The notes below the pieces were generated by a model that was not told where the DNA came from, ran no database searches, and worked only from the letters and a program-made list of their open reading frames with translations. The position numbers were made by a program, and so were the translations under genes. This document shows, in pieces, positions 1 through 9,508 of a stretch of 64,000 nucleotides of DNA. The stretch comes from Candidatus Woesearchaeota archaeon (GTDB lineage Archaea > Nanobdellota > Nanobdellia > Woesearchaeales > JAFCFN01), in NCBI GenBank assembly GCA_017608625.1, contig JAFCFN010000006.1, positions 295-64,294 of the forward strand, in the 5' to 3' direction. Positions within the stretch are counted from its first letter, which is position 1, and each line of letters begins with the position of its first letter.

Positions 1-7
1 TCAAAAT

Positions 8-928
8 TCAAGTAATAATATATTTCCTCCCACTAACTAAACTAATACCAATTCCTCTTCCTATTGCATAAGCTTGTTGGGAAAGAGCTTTTGTAAAAAC
101 ATCTAACAAACTCTTTTTTTCTTCATACTTTACTGTGTTGATATGGCTTAAATCAAGTTTGTGTTTTATGAGCTCTAAAGCATCATCTTTGTTTCCTATA
201 TAATCTATTAGACCTAGTTCAAGTGCTTCTTCTCCTAAGTAGAACATGCCTGTTGAAATATTTCTTACTTTTTCAATTGACAGATTTCTGTTTGATGCTA
301 TTTCTGCTATAAAATATTCATGAATTCTATCAAGCTGTGACTGAAATAATGCCTTTTCTTCTTCTGTTAGGTTTTTATAAGGTGAACCTATATCTTTGTA
401 TTTGCCTGCAACTAATCTTTGATAGGTTATATTATAATCTTTTAATAATCCTGAAAATTCTAGATAAGATGCAATAACTCCTATTGAGCCAGTAATAGAC
501 ATTCTATTTGCCATAACAATATTACATGAAGAAGCTACCCAATAAGCTCCTGATGTTCCTATTTCTCTGATTAAAGCTAGTGTTAGTTTATCAACAGATT
601 TTATTTTTTTAGCTATTTCATCTGATGCAACTGCACTGCCACCAGGAGAATTTATCTCAAATAGAATTGCTTTGATATTTGGATTCTCTTCTGCTTTTTC
701 TATTTGTTTGATAACTTCATCAGCAGAGGTTGTTGTTTCAAAAAAACCATCTCCACCTTCAGCAACTATTGTTCCTTTGATTGGTATAATGGCAATTGAA
801 TTAGGTAAAATTATATTTATGCTAACAACAGAAAAAAGAATATTAAGGAAAAAAATGATTAGAACTACAATGATCAGGGTGTTAAAGACTTTTTTAAAAG
901 TATCCTGTTTTTTACCTCTTTTTTGCAT
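8..928 (-). CDS. sppA: signal peptide peptidase SppA (S49 family, 36K type)
   Basis: N-terminal TM helix; S49 motifs 'EINSPGG' and 'GSIGVIA' in translation. Confidence 0.75.
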   Translation of the reverse strand: MQKRGKKQDTFKKVFNTLIIVVLIIFFLNILFSVVSINIILPNSIAIIPIKGTIVAEGGDGFFETTTSADEVIKQIEKAEENPNIKAILFEINSPGGSAVASDEIAKKIKSVDKLTLALIREIGTSGAYWVASSCNIVMANRMSITGSIGVIASYLEFSGLLKDYNITYQRLVAGKYKDIGSPYKNLTEEEKALFQSQLDRIHEYFIAEIASNRNLSIEKVRNISTGMFYLGEEALELGLIDYIGNKDDALELIKHKLDLSHINTVKYEEKKSLLDVFTKALSQQAYAIGRGIGISLVSGRKYIIT

Positions 929-1024
929 ATTTGTTTAAGAAAGTGCTTTTGTTTAAATATTTAATGGAAAATTATTTAAACTATGTAATTATGTTTAAAT
1001 TATAAAAACCAAAAGAGGTGAAAA

Positions 1025-1306
1025 ATGAAGGTTCTGAAGAAGATTGATTTGTTATCAGCAGGAGGAGTGTTTGCTTTGATAGGAGTTATTTGGGGTTTAG
1101 TTACAGCACTATTAGCAATAGCACTTGGTTCTTTTGCAACATCAGTATTGCCAGGGATAGGAGCAACAGTGGGAGTTGGTCTTATATCAATAATAGTGTT
1201 TCCAGTAACTTATGGAATCATAGGATTCATGTCAGGAATAATTAGTGCACTGCTTTATAACATAGTTGCTAATTGGATTGGCGGAATAAAGATTGATCTA
1301 AAATAA
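1025..1306 (+). CDS. small Gly-rich membrane protein, unknown function
   Basis: 93 aa, two hydrophobic helices, SD 'agaggtg' upstream. Confidence 0.4.
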   Translation: MKVLKKIDLLSAGGVFALIGVIWGLVTALLAIALGSFATSVLPGIGATVGVGLISIIVFPVTYGIIGFMSGIISALLYNIVANWIGGIKIDLK

Positions 1307-1310
1307 CAAA

Positions 1311-1385
1311 AACTCGCTTAAGCGAGTTTTTGGGATTAAAAATTTTCGGTGTAATACCTTGGACTTTAGTCCGAAAATTTTTAAT
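1311..1385. terminator. bidirectional terminator-like hairpins between convergent genes
   Basis: perfect palindrome ctcgcttaagcgag (1313-1326) followed by T-run; second inverted repeat aaaaattttcgg...ccgaaaatttt (1338-1382). Confidence 0.45.
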
Positions 1386-1389
1386 AATT

Positions 1390-2604
1390 TTATATTTTTT
1401 CTTCTATTCTTAACAATCTATTGTACTTGGCCAACCTCTCTCCTCTGCAAGGAGCACCTGCTTTGATAAACTCTGCTTCTAGTGCAACAGCCAAATCAGC
1501 TATAAAAGGATCATTTGTTTCTCCTGATCTATGACTTATCATTATTTTCCAGCCTGCTTTTTTTGCTAGTTTTCCAGCATTAATAGCTTCTGTTACTGTT
1601 CCTATTTGATTAGGCTTTAACAACAAACAAGAGCAAGATTTCAGCTTTATTGCTTTTTTAATCCTCTTAGGATTTGTTGCTAATAAATCATCTCCAACAA
1701 TCATTACTTCTTTGCCAATTTTTTTTCTCAAAGCTGCAAAGGCCTTGAATTCATCTTGTGCAAAAGGATCCTCTATGCTTATTATTGGATATTTATTTGT
1801 TAGTTCAACATAAAAATCAATTAATTGGTTTGTTGTAAAGCTTTTATTGTCAATAATATATCTGCCATTTTTGAAAAATTCATTTGCAGCACAATCCAAG
1901 CCAATTTTAACTTTGTTTTCATAGCCTGCTTCTTTTATTGCTTGAAATAGTAATTTTAAAGGCATTTCAACTTTTGCTAAAGGTGGTGCAAATCCTCCTT
2001 CATCACCAACATTTATTGCCTTTTTTCCATATTTTTTCTCAAGAATTTTTTTAAGAGTATAGTAGATTTCTGATCCTGCTTGTAACCTGTCCTTGAAGCA
2101 GGGGAATCTGATGGGAATTATCATATACTCTTGAAAAGCTAGATTATTTCCAGCATGTTTGCCACCATTTATTATATTGAAACAAGGAATAGGTAATTTT
2201 TTTCCTTTACCTAAATATTCATACAATTCTTTTCCAGATGCCAAAGCACCAATTCTTGCTGTTGCAATACTCACAGCTAAAATTGCATTAGCACCTAATC
2301 TGGATTTGTTTTCTGTTCCATCCAATTTTATTAGTTTATTATCAATCCTACTTTGTTTTCTACAATCTATTCCAACTAAATTTCTAGCAATCACCCCATT
2401 TATATTAGCAACAGCTTTTAAAACACCTTTTCCAAGAAATCTTTTTTCATTATCTCTTAATTCAACTGCCTCATACTTGCCTCTGCTTTTTCCTGATGGA
2501 ACAGATGCTCTGCCAATTCCTATTTTAGTCCAGACATCTGCTTCTATTGTTGGTATGCCTCTAGAATCTAGAATTTCTCTTGCTTTAATTTTCAGGATTT
2601 TCAT
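1390..2604 (-). CDS. eno: enolase
   Basis: 404 aa; 'SIEDPF', 'DDLLATNP', 'SHRSGET' enolase signatures. Confidence 0.9.
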   Translation of the reverse strand: MKILKIKAREILDSRGIPTIEADVWTKIGIGRASVPSGKSRGKYEAVELRDNEKRFLGKGVLKAVANINGVIARNLVGIDCRKQSRIDNKLIKLDGTENKSRLGANAILAVSIATARIGALASGKELYEYLGKGKKLPIPCFNIINGGKHAGNNLAFQEYMIIPIRFPCFKDRLQAGSEIYYTLKKILEKKYGKKAINVGDEGGFAPPLAKVEMPLKLLFQAIKEAGYENKVKIGLDCAANEFFKNGRYIIDNKSFTTNQLIDFYVELTNKYPIISIEDPFAQDEFKAFAALRKKIGKEVMIVGDDLLATNPKRIKKAIKLKSCSCLLLKPNQIGTVTEAINAGKLAKKAGWKIMISHRSGETNDPFIADLAVALEAEFIKAGAPCRGERLAKYNRLLRIEEKI

Positions 2605-2682
2605 TCTTCACCTATCATACCTTCTTTTATATAAGCACTAGTAAGAATCAGAAGGATAAATACCAAAATCTGCTTTCTCATC

Positions 2683-3468
2683 TTAACCAATATAGTTTGT
2701 TTCTTTTCTTTTGCTTAATTTTTTGAAAGCAAGCTGTTTTGATACAGTTGAAATATCTCTTGTTCTTCTTATTAGTTCTGATTCTATCTCTTTTATTTCT
2801 TTGTCTAATTTAGTAAGATTCAGTTTTAGATTTAATTTTTTATTTAAGATTTTCAGCTCTTCTCTTGCTCCTTTGATACCCAAATAAAGGGGATGACCAA
2901 GTGTTTCTGCTAGTAATGCAATTGCTTTTATTTTTCTTTTCTCTGCTAATCCTAGCAATAGACCAGTTACACCAATTATCGGTCCTACAACTCCATAAAT
3001 TTTATCATTAAGCTCTGTGTCTTTTTTATATTTGTTAATAATTTCCTTGTTGTTTGCTGTGCAAAATACTCTTGGTTTTTTTGGCATCTCTGCCAAGCCA
3101 ATTCCCCCAAGGGTTATTATTTCTTTTCCTTTGTAACTTTGGAAAATATCTAGAATTTTCTCACAAAATTCATAAGAACTAACCTCATCAACAGGTTGGA
3201 TATCTCCTGCTAAAAGCAATAGATCGTTTTTTGGCATTTTTTTGTAATAGAGCTCTATTTTTGGTAGATCTACTAAATTATTCTCATTAACAAAAACAGA
3301 ATGAGGAAAAGTATATGAGAAGATGTTGTATATTTTTTTAGCTTTTAACTCAGATATCAAAAAATCAACAGCTATTTTTCCAACATTTCCTATACCAGGT
3401 AAACCCTCTATTAAAATAGGGCTCTTGGGTTTGACTTTCATTAATTTGGTTATCTTCCACATACTCAT
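2683..3468 (-). CDS. PAC2-family (proteasome assembly chaperone-like) protein
   Basis: 'ILIEGLPGIGNVGKIAVDFL' N-terminal motif typical of archaeal PAC2/COG1938 proteins. Confidence 0.5.
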   Translation of the reverse strand: MSMWKITKLMKVKPKSPILIEGLPGIGNVGKIAVDFLISELKAKKIYNIFSYTFPHSVFVNENNLVDLPKIELYYKKMPKNDLLLLAGDIQPVDEVSSYEFCEKILDIFQSYKGKEIITLGGIGLAEMPKKPRVFCTANNKEIINKYKKDTELNDKIYGVVGPIIGVTGLLLGLAEKRKIKAIALLAETLGHPLYLGIKGAREELKILNKKLNLKLNLTKLDKEIKEIESELIRRTRDISTVSKQLAFKKLSKRKETNYIG

Positions 3469-3641
3469 AATAGCCCTCTTTTAATTAACTCTTCTCTTTT
3501 AGCAGCTCTTCTGTATCTTGCATACTTATCCTCAACGCTAAATTTTGCTGGCTTAGCAGAAACACATTTTGCTTTACAGTTAGGACAAATTTCATGCATT
3601 GTGTAATTGTTGCAGTTTGTGCATTTCAGAATATGTTTCAT
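3465..3641 (-). CDS. nop10: H/ACA RNP protein Nop10 (not in ORF track, 58 aa)
   Basis: translation MKHILKCTNCNNYTMHEICPNCKAKCVSAKPAKFSVEDKYARYRRAAKREELIKRGLL; start overlaps aIF2-alpha stop (ATGA), stop overlaps next gene start; conserved aIF2alpha-Nop10 linkage. Confidence 0.8.
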   Translation of the reverse strand: MKHILKCTNCNNYTMHEICPNCKAKCVSAKPAKFSVEDKYARYRRAAKREELIKRGLL

Positions 3642-4408
3642 CTTTTTAGCAGTTCAACATGAGCTTTTTGTTTTTCCATGTTCTCAACTATAAAAGCTGT
3701 TTTTTGAGCAAGTTCTTTTTCTGCATCTTTATAGTTATGAGCTGTAATTGTTAATGTGTATTTACCACCACCCTTATACAAGACATTCACTTTAGTAGTT
3801 TGTATTTTTTTTAGAATATCTTTAATTATTTCTACACCATTTGGAGCATAGCTTTGTAAGATTATATCTTGCTTAACTTCAACTTCTTTTAGTTTTATTC
3901 TTTGTTTTATTGTTTCTGCTAGAATTTTAGTATCTTTTTCTGACAGTTTTAATTCCTTTAACACATCTTCATTTATAAGAGATTCTTCAAAAACAGAATA
4001 AATACTTGTATATTTGTCTTTTATTCTTTCATAGATGTCATTGCATAATTTTTTTGCATCCTGATTTGTTTGTTGCGCAATATATTTTATTATTTTTTCA
4101 GCAATTTGCTGCTGTTTTATTTCATTGTTTTTGATTTTTCTCTGATTTTCGTTAACTCTTCTTAAACTTAAATCAATATGGCCTTTTTCTTTATCCACAT
4201 TTAATACTTTACAAATAATTTTTTTGTTAGGAGTAACATAGTCTCTTATGTTTCTTATTCTTCCAGGTGAGATTTCAGAAATATGAATCATGCCTGTTTT
4301 GCCATACTCATCGAGTAAAGCAAAAACAGAATTATGGTATATCTGCGTTACAGTACAAAGTACAAATTCTCCTTCTTCAGGAAACCCTTTTTTTTGCAAG
4401 AGAAGCAT
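3638..4408 (-). CDS. eif2a: translation initiation factor aIF2 alpha subunit
   Basis: N-terminal S1 domain 'GEFVLCTVTQI...GMIHISEI', 256 aa. Confidence 0.9.
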   Translation of the reverse strand: MLLLQKKGFPEEGEFVLCTVTQIYHNSVFALLDEYGKTGMIHISEISPGRIRNIRDYVTPNKKIICKVLNVDKEKGHIDLSLRRVNENQRKIKNNEIKQQQIAEKIIKYIAQQTNQDAKKLCNDIYERIKDKYTSIYSVFEESLINEDVLKELKLSEKDTKILAETIKQRIKLKEVEVKQDIILQSYAPNGVEIIKDILKKIQTTKVNVLYKGGGKYTLTITAHNYKDAEKELAQKTAFIVENMEKQKAHVELLKR

Positions 4409-4593
4409 TAATCTAATACCTCCAGAACTCTTGCTTTTATTTTTGACTTACCTCCTGATGGAACAGCTAATTGCTTACCACAAACAAGGCATTTTATTTC
4501 AGTAGAGGCTTTTCCAAATATTATCTGCTCATTCTTGCACTTAGGACATCTTATTTTGATAAATTTGCTTGTTGGTTCTCTTATCTCTCTCAT
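4408..4593 (-). CDS. rps27e: 30S ribosomal protein S27e
   Basis: 61 aa C4 zinc ribbon 'CPKCKNEQIIFGKASTEIKCLVCGKQL'. Confidence 0.85.
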   Translation of the reverse strand: MREIREPTSKFIKIRCPKCKNEQIIFGKASTEIKCLVCGKQLAVPSGGKSKIKARVLEVLD

Positions 4594-4651
4594 AATTTAT
4601 ACCCCCTATTTAAAAACAAATTATTTATAGTATATAAGATTTACTGATGAT

Positions 4652-4885
4652 ATGCCTACTATAAAAAGTTTACTAAATAGGATAAAATGGGATAAGAATC
4701 TTGATCCCGATGATTTCATCATTGTTTATGATGACAAAGGCAGCAGCAAAGAGATTGCTTATTCTGAGATTAAAGAAATTGAGGGCAGGTTTATGAGAAT
4801 AGAGAAAGATGGTAGAGATGTTGAGATTCCGATTTATAGGATTGTGGAGATAAGGCAAAAGGATAAGGTTGTATTTAGGAGGTAG
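4652..4885 (+). CDS. DUF504/UPF0248-like small protein
   Basis: 77 aa, 'IPIYRIVEI' C-terminal motif typical of UPF0248. Confidence 0.45.
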   Translation: MPTIKSLLNRIKWDKNLDPDDFIIVYDDKGSSKEIAYSEIKEIEGRFMRIEKDGRDVEIPIYRIVEIRQKDKVVFRR

Positions 4886-5036
4886 TTCTAGAGTCTAAAA
4901 ATACCGAAACATTTATATACTAGTTATGAATATTTATTCATTATCGATTATGAATAATAATTCAAAATAAATTTTTGGAGGCAGCGCAAATTAAAATTTG
5001 CTGGTCTCCAAAAATAAAATTTTTGGAGGTGAAAAA

Positions 5037-5372
5037 ATGCCATTTGGAGATAGAACTGGACCATTGGGATTAGGGCCAATGACTGGAAGAGCAATGGGAT
5101 ATTGTGCAGGCTATGCTGTGCCAGGATTTATGAATCCTTGGCCTGGATTTGGAAGAGGTAGAGGATTTTGGGGAAGAGGCAGAGGTTGGAGAAGATTTGC
5201 TTTTGTAGCACCAGCTGCAGTAACACCAGTATATCAGCAACCATACCAACTAACAAAGGAAGAAGAACTTAGAATGTTGGAAAATGAGGCAAAAGCAATT
5301 GAAGAAGAGCAGAAACTATTGAAGCAGGAACTTGAGAGCATAAAGAAACAAATAAATGAACTTAAGAAATAA
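5037..5372 (+). CDS. DUF5320-like protein (start moved to second Met)
   Basis: 'MPFGDRTGPLGLGPMTGRAMGYCAGY' Gly/Pro-rich N-terminus plus coiled-coil tail; SD ggaggtg 8 nt upstream of 5037. Confidence 0.5.
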   Translation: MPFGDRTGPLGLGPMTGRAMGYCAGYAVPGFMNPWPGFGRGRGFWGRGRGWRRFAFVAPAAVTPVYQQPYQLTKEEELRMLENEAKAIEEEQKLLKQELESIKKQINELKK

Positions 5373-5375
5373 AGC

Positions 5376-5792
5376 ATGGAACTAAAACAAGCAATAACAA
5401 AATCAGCAAAAGCCATGTACAGGAGTTTGCCTGTAATAGCAGCAGTTATATTACTTGTTAGTCTGGTGAATGGGGTTTTGCCAAAAACAGTGTATTCAGC
5501 ATTGTTCTTCAAAAACATGCTGCTGGACTCATTTATTGGTAGCTTAATAGGAAGCATTTTAGCAGGCAACCCAATCACCAGTTACATTATTGGAGGAGAA
5601 TTACTTAAACAAGGAATCAGCTTGGTTGCTGTGACAGCATTTTTAGTGGCATGGGTAACAGTGGGAGTTGTTCAACTTCCTGCTGAGGCAGTTCTCCTTG
5701 GAAAAAGATTTGCAATAACAAGAAACATAACAGCATTTTTATTCACAATTATTGTTGCAATAATAACAGTTTCTATATTAAGTATACTATGA
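5376..5792 (+). CDS. permease subunit (COG0701-like, first half)
   Basis: polytopic membrane protein; translationally coupled to next ORF (ATGA). Confidence 0.4.
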   Translation: MELKQAITKSAKAMYRSLPVIAAVILLVSLVNGVLPKTVYSALFFKNMLLDSFIGSLIGSILAGNPITSYIIGGELLKQGISLVAVTAFLVAWVTVGVVQLPAEAVLLGKRFAITRNITAFLFTIIVAIITVSILSIL

Positions 5793-6295
5793 GAAAAACA
5801 GAACAAAACTATTTTGGATTGTACTTTTTGCTAGCTGTGATTACAGTTTACATAATCATAGCTATTTTCAAACCAACTGTTCTGACACCAATTTTTAAGT
5901 TTTTAATTTTAATGTTGAAAAGAATAATTCCAATACTTTTTGTAGTTTTTGTATTAATGATTTTAGTGAATTACTTTGTAAGCCCTAAAAATTTGCTTAA
6001 TTATCTTGGTAAAAATGCAGGAATGAAAGGATGGCTAATTGCTATTATAGGAGGAATACTCTCAACAGGACTAATATATGCATGGTACCCTATGCTTAAT
6101 GATTTACAGAAACAAGGTGTTAGAAATAGATTTATAGCGACTTTTCTGTATAATAGAGCAGTAAAACCTGCTTTGTTACCATTGCTCATTTTTTATTTTG
6201 GTTTAATGTACACTCTTGTGCTTACAGTTGTGATGGTAGTTGTCTCAATATTTCAAGGCATTATTGTTGAAAAATTTAGTGAGGCGAAAACATGA
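5789..6295 (+). CDS. permease subunit (COG0701-like, second half)
   Basis: polytopic membrane protein. Confidence 0.4.
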   Translation: MRKTEQNYFGLYFLLAVITVYIIIAIFKPTVLTPIFKFLILMLKRIIPILFVVFVLMILVNYFVSPKNLLNYLGKNAGMKGWLIAIIGGILSTGLIYAWYPMLNDLQKQGVRNRFIATFLYNRAVKPALLPLLIFYFGLMYTLVLTVVMVVVSIFQGIIVEKFSEAKT

Positions 6296-6594
6296 AAATT
6301 GCAGTTGCTTCAACAGGAAAGGATCTTTCAGCACAAGTTAGCTCAATTACTGGAAGAGCACCTTATTATCTACTTTTTGAGAATAAGAAATTAATTAAAA
6401 CAATAAAAAACCCTTTTCAGTATGGTGGAGGAGGAGCTGGATTTGGAGTTGCGCAGATGCTAGCAAATGAAAAAGTTGAGTTAGTGATAGGTGGAAGGTT
6501 TGGGCCAAATGTACAGTCTTTTTTTGATTCAAAAGGAATTAAAACAAAAACTATATTAAACAAAACTGTTGAACAAGTAATAAAAGAGCTTTGA
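6292..6594 (+). CDS. dinitrogenase FeMo-cofactor-binding (NifX/NafY-like) domain protein
   Basis: 'MKIAVASTG...[10 protein letters not shown]...GGGGAG' pattern of Nitro_FeMo-Co family. Confidence 0.6.
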   Translation: MKIAVASTGKDLSAQVSSITGRAPYYLLFENKKLIKTIKNPFQYGGGGAGFGVAQMLANEKVELVIGGRFGPNVQSFFDSKGIKTKTILNKTVEQVIKEL

Positions 6595-7043
6595 AAATGC
6601 CAAGACCATTTGTTTGCAGAAGAGTTTGGTTTAGACCAGGAATAACCTATTTTAAACCAGCAGGAGCCAGATTGACCGGTTTGGTTGAGGTGGTATTGAC
6701 TGTGGATGAGTTTGAGGCAGTGAGATTAAAAGATTTTTTAGGTATTGGACAGGAAGAAGCAGCAAAAAAGATGAATGTTTCTCAGCCAACATTCTCAAGA
6801 ATCTTAGAGTCAGCAAGAAAAAAGATTGCAGATGCATTGGTTAATGGCAAAGCAATTAGAATAGAAGGAGGTACATATAAAATGGCTGGTCCAATTGTAA
6901 GAGGAAGAGGCAGAGGTTTTGGAGGTCCTGCTATGATCTGCATGTGCCCTAGCTGTGGTCATCAAGAAGCAAAACAAAGAGGAGTTCCATGCTCTACTTT
7001 AAGATGCCCTAAATGTGGAGCACCTATGGTAAGAGGACAATAG
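6591..7043 (+). CDS. DUF134/UPF0251 putative DNA-binding protein with C-terminal Cys cluster
   Basis: '[29 protein letters not shown]' DUF134 core; C-terminal CPSCG...CPKCG. Confidence 0.55.
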   Translation: MKMPRPFVCRRVWFRPGITYFKPAGARLTGLVEVVLTVDEFEAVRLKDFLGIGQEEAAKKMNVSQPTFSRILESARKKIADALVNGKAIRIEGGTYKMAGPIVRGRGRGFGGPAMICMCPSCGHQEAKQRGVPCSTLRCPKCGAPMVRGQ

Positions 7044-7094
7044 ACTGTATTAAGGGTTGCATTTTTATAAATTCAAAGAGGGGTGGTAAACAAA

Positions 7095-7259
7095 ATGGTA
7101 AAAATAAACAAAAATAAATGCATAGGGTGTGGCGCTTGTGCAGCTGCATGTCCAGAAGGCTTTATGGTTGTTGGAGGAAAAGCAATAATAAAAAATCCTA
7201 AAGCCGAATGTATCAAAGAAACAATCAGCATATGCCCGGTAGGTGCAATTGAAAAATAA
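7095..7259 (+). CDS. small 4Fe-4S ferredoxin (54 aa, not in ORF track)
   Basis: 'CIGCGACAAACP' and 'CPVGAI' cluster motifs; lies inside antisense ORF 7065..7316. Confidence 0.6.
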   Translation: MVKINKNKCIGCGACAAACPEGFMVVGGKAIIKNPKAECIKETISICPVGAIEK

Positions 7260-7272
7260 AAAAGGAGGTAAA

Positions 7273-7653
7273 ATGAAAATAGCTATAAGTTCAACTGGAA
7301 AAAGAATAGAAGACAATGTAGACGTAAGGTTTGGAAGATGTCCTTATTTTTTAATTGTAGAAATTGAAGATAAAAAAATAAAAAACATAAAAGCAGTAGA
7401 AAATACAGCAGCAATGCAAGCAGGTGGAGCTGGAATCACAGCAGCACAGATTGTTGCAAATGAAAGAGTAGAAGCAGTTATTACAGTAAATACGGGACCG
7501 AGAGCCTTTGATGTTTTCGCTCAATTAGGAATTAAAGTCTATCAAGGGCAAGGAAAAATAAAAGATGTTGTTCAGCAGTTTGTTGACGGAAAACTAACAG
7601 AAATAACAACACCAACAGGACCAATGCATATGAGTATGGGAAAGAGATTTTAG
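7273..7653 (+). CDS. NifX/NafY-like FeMo-cofactor-binding domain protein (paralog)
   Basis: 'MKIAISSTG...GRCPYFLIVE...QAGGAG'; strong SD aaggaggt before Met at 7273. Confidence 0.6.
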   Translation: MKIAISSTGKRIEDNVDVRFGRCPYFLIVEIEDKKIKNIKAVENTAAMQAGGAGITAAQIVANERVEAVITVNTGPRAFDVFAQLGIKVYQGQGKIKDVVQQFVDGKLTEITTPTGPMHMSMGKRF

Positions 7654-7668
7654 TAAATATAAATAAAG

Positions 7669-8010
7669 ATGAGATGGTATCTTAGAAGCAAAATTCACAA
7701 TGCAACTGTTACAGAAGCAAAAGTAGATTATATGGGAAGCATAACAATAGATAGGGAATTAATTGATAAAGCAGGATTTGATAAAGGAGAAAAAGTATCT
7801 GTCTGGGATATTACAAATGGTGAAAGACTTGAAACTTACATTATTCCAGGAGAAAGAAATTCAGGAATAATCTGCATAAATGGAGCAGCAGCAAAGAGGA
7901 TTAAAAAAAGAGATATCATAATTATAGCTGGATTTGAGCTTTCAGACAAGCCAATAAAACCAAAAATTATCTTAGTTGACGAAAAAAATAAATTTGTTAG
8001 ATATTTGTAG
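7669..8010 (+). CDS. panD: aspartate 1-decarboxylase (pyruvoyl-dependent, bacterial type)
   Basis: 'SKIHNATVTEAKVDYMGSITID' PanD signature including Gly-Ser self-cleavage site. Confidence 0.8.
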   Translation: MRWYLRSKIHNATVTEAKVDYMGSITIDRELIDKAGFDKGEKVSVWDITNGERLETYIIPGERNSGIICINGAAAKRIKKRDIIIIAGFELSDKPIKPKIILVDEKNKFVRYL

Positions 8011-8800
8011 AATAGCTTTTATTTTTATTTTTTTATTGACTGGCTGTAAGTTAGAAGAACAAATAATTGAAAAAGAGGTGTCTATTATGGAAGAGAACAT
8101 AACATTATCCGACATAACAATCATAAACATTTATGATAATGTTGAATTTGATTCTAAATTTAAAACAGGTTTTGGGTTTGGATGCCTTGTAAAACTAAAA
8201 AATAAAACAATTCTCTTTGATACAGGGGGAGATTCTCCTACCTTATTAACAAACCTAGAAACAGCAGGAGTCAAACCAGAGGAGATTGATATTATTGTTT
8301 TATCCCATGTCCATGGAGATCATGTTGGAGGTTTGCTAGGTTTTTTAGAAGAAAATCCTAATGTTAAGGTTTATATTCCAAGCTCTTTTCCTTCTTCATT
8401 TAAAAATGATATAACTTCGACAGGAGCAGAGATAATAGAAATAAGTAACTCAGCTAAAATAGCTAATGGAGTTTATTCAACAGGAGAACTTGGAACATGG
8501 ATCAAAGAACAATCATTGGTAATTAATTCAAATAAAGGCTTGATTGTGATAACAGGTTGTGCGCATCCTGGAATTGTTAATATAATTAAAAAAGCAAAGG
8601 AATTATTTGATAAAAATATTTATCTTGTTATGGGCGGGTTTCATCATCCTCCACTATCTATAGTAAAAGAATTTAAAGAACTTGGTGTAGAAAAGGTTGC
8701 ACCCGGTCATTGTACAGGCGATCCAGTAATAGAAGCATTTGTAGAAAAATATGGGGATGATTTTATAGAAAGCGGAGTCGGAAAGGTTACCAAGGTGTAG
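7976..8800 (+). CDS. MBL-fold metallo-hydrolase, probable lipoprotein
   Basis: 'LSHVHGDHVGG' HxHxDH motif; N-terminal 'FLLTGC' lipobox-like. Confidence 0.6.
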   Translation: MTKKINLLDICRIAFIFIFLLTGCKLEEQIIEKEVSIMEENITLSDITIINIYDNVEFDSKFKTGFGFGCLVKLKNKTILFDTGGDSPTLLTNLETAGVKPEEIDIIVLSHVHGDHVGGLLGFLEENPNVKVYIPSSFPSSFKNDITSTGAEIIEISNSAKIANGVYSTGELGTWIKEQSLVINSNKGLIVITGCAHPGIVNIIKKAKELFDKNIYLVMGGFHHPPLSIVKEFKELGVEKVAPGHCTGDPVIEAFVEKYGDDFIESGVGKVTKV

Positions 8801-8805
8801 GGGAT

Positions 8806-9393
8806 ATGGAGAAATCTAAAAAAAGATTGATGCAAGGATTAAGTGTTGAAATAAATAACTGCAAAAAATGCGAGTTATGGAAAACAAGAACAAATCCTGT
8901 TATTGGGGAAGGGTCAGTTGATGCAAGAATAATGTTTATCGGAGAAGCTCCAGGTTATAATGAGGATAAAACAGGACATCCTTTTTGTGGAGCAGCTGGA
9001 AAAATTTTGGATAAAATTTTAGTGTCTATTGGATTTAAAAGAGAAGAGATTTATATCACAAATATTTTAAAATGCAGGCCTCCAGGAAATAGAAATCCTA
9101 CGAAAGAAGAGATAGATGCCTGCAGCTCTTACCTTGATATGCAAATTGAGATTATTAAGCCTAAGATAATCTGTTCTTTAGGCAATTTTGCAACTGCCTA
9201 TGTAATGGAAAAATTCGGTTTAAAAGAGAAAGTACAAGGAATAAGCAGGATTCATGGAAAGGTTTTTTTACATAACACCCTTTTTGGCCCTATAAAAATT
9301 ATTCCTTTCTATCATCCTGCTGTTGCTGTTTATAATATGAATATGTTAGATGTGCTTAAAAAGGATTTTGCTGTTTTAAAACAAGTAAGATGA
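8806..9393 (+). CDS. udg: uracil-DNA glycosylase family 4
   Basis: 'GEGSVDARIMFIGEAPG' and 'HPFCGAAG' family-4 UDG motifs. Confidence 0.8.
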   Translation: MEKSKKRLMQGLSVEINNCKKCELWKTRTNPVIGEGSVDARIMFIGEAPGYNEDKTGHPFCGAAGKILDKILVSIGFKREEIYITNILKCRPPGNRNPTKEEIDACSSYLDMQIEIIKPKIICSLGNFATAYVMEKFGLKEKVQGISRIHGKVFLHNTLFGPIKIIPFYHPAVAVYNMNMLDVLKKDFAVLKQVR

Positions 9394-9508
9394 GAATAGC
9401 TGTAACAGGCGGGAAAAAAATAAAAATTCAAAACTTTGTTTTGAATTTTATCCTCCCCACTAGTACACAACTGGGTGAGTGTCCCGCCCCGACACAAGAT
9501 GTTTTAAG

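Noticed and set aside
672-938. Various short ORFs antisense to or overlapping strong genes (e.g. 672..938, 2159..2641, 4290..4505, 4673..4858, 5234..5578, 6001..6189, 6652..6837, 7065..7316, 9783..9983, 13333..13955, 15502..15888, 16341..16673, 18921..19416, 25438..25647, 26324..26572, 28745..28927, 29482..29688, 31775..32032, 33737..33964, 36064..36249, 36785..37366, 46004..46396, 46694..47327, 51252..51437, 58051..58411, 60956..61159)
   Set aside because: Each lies opposite or inside a well-supported gene and has low-complexity or hydrophobic-junk translation; no independent support
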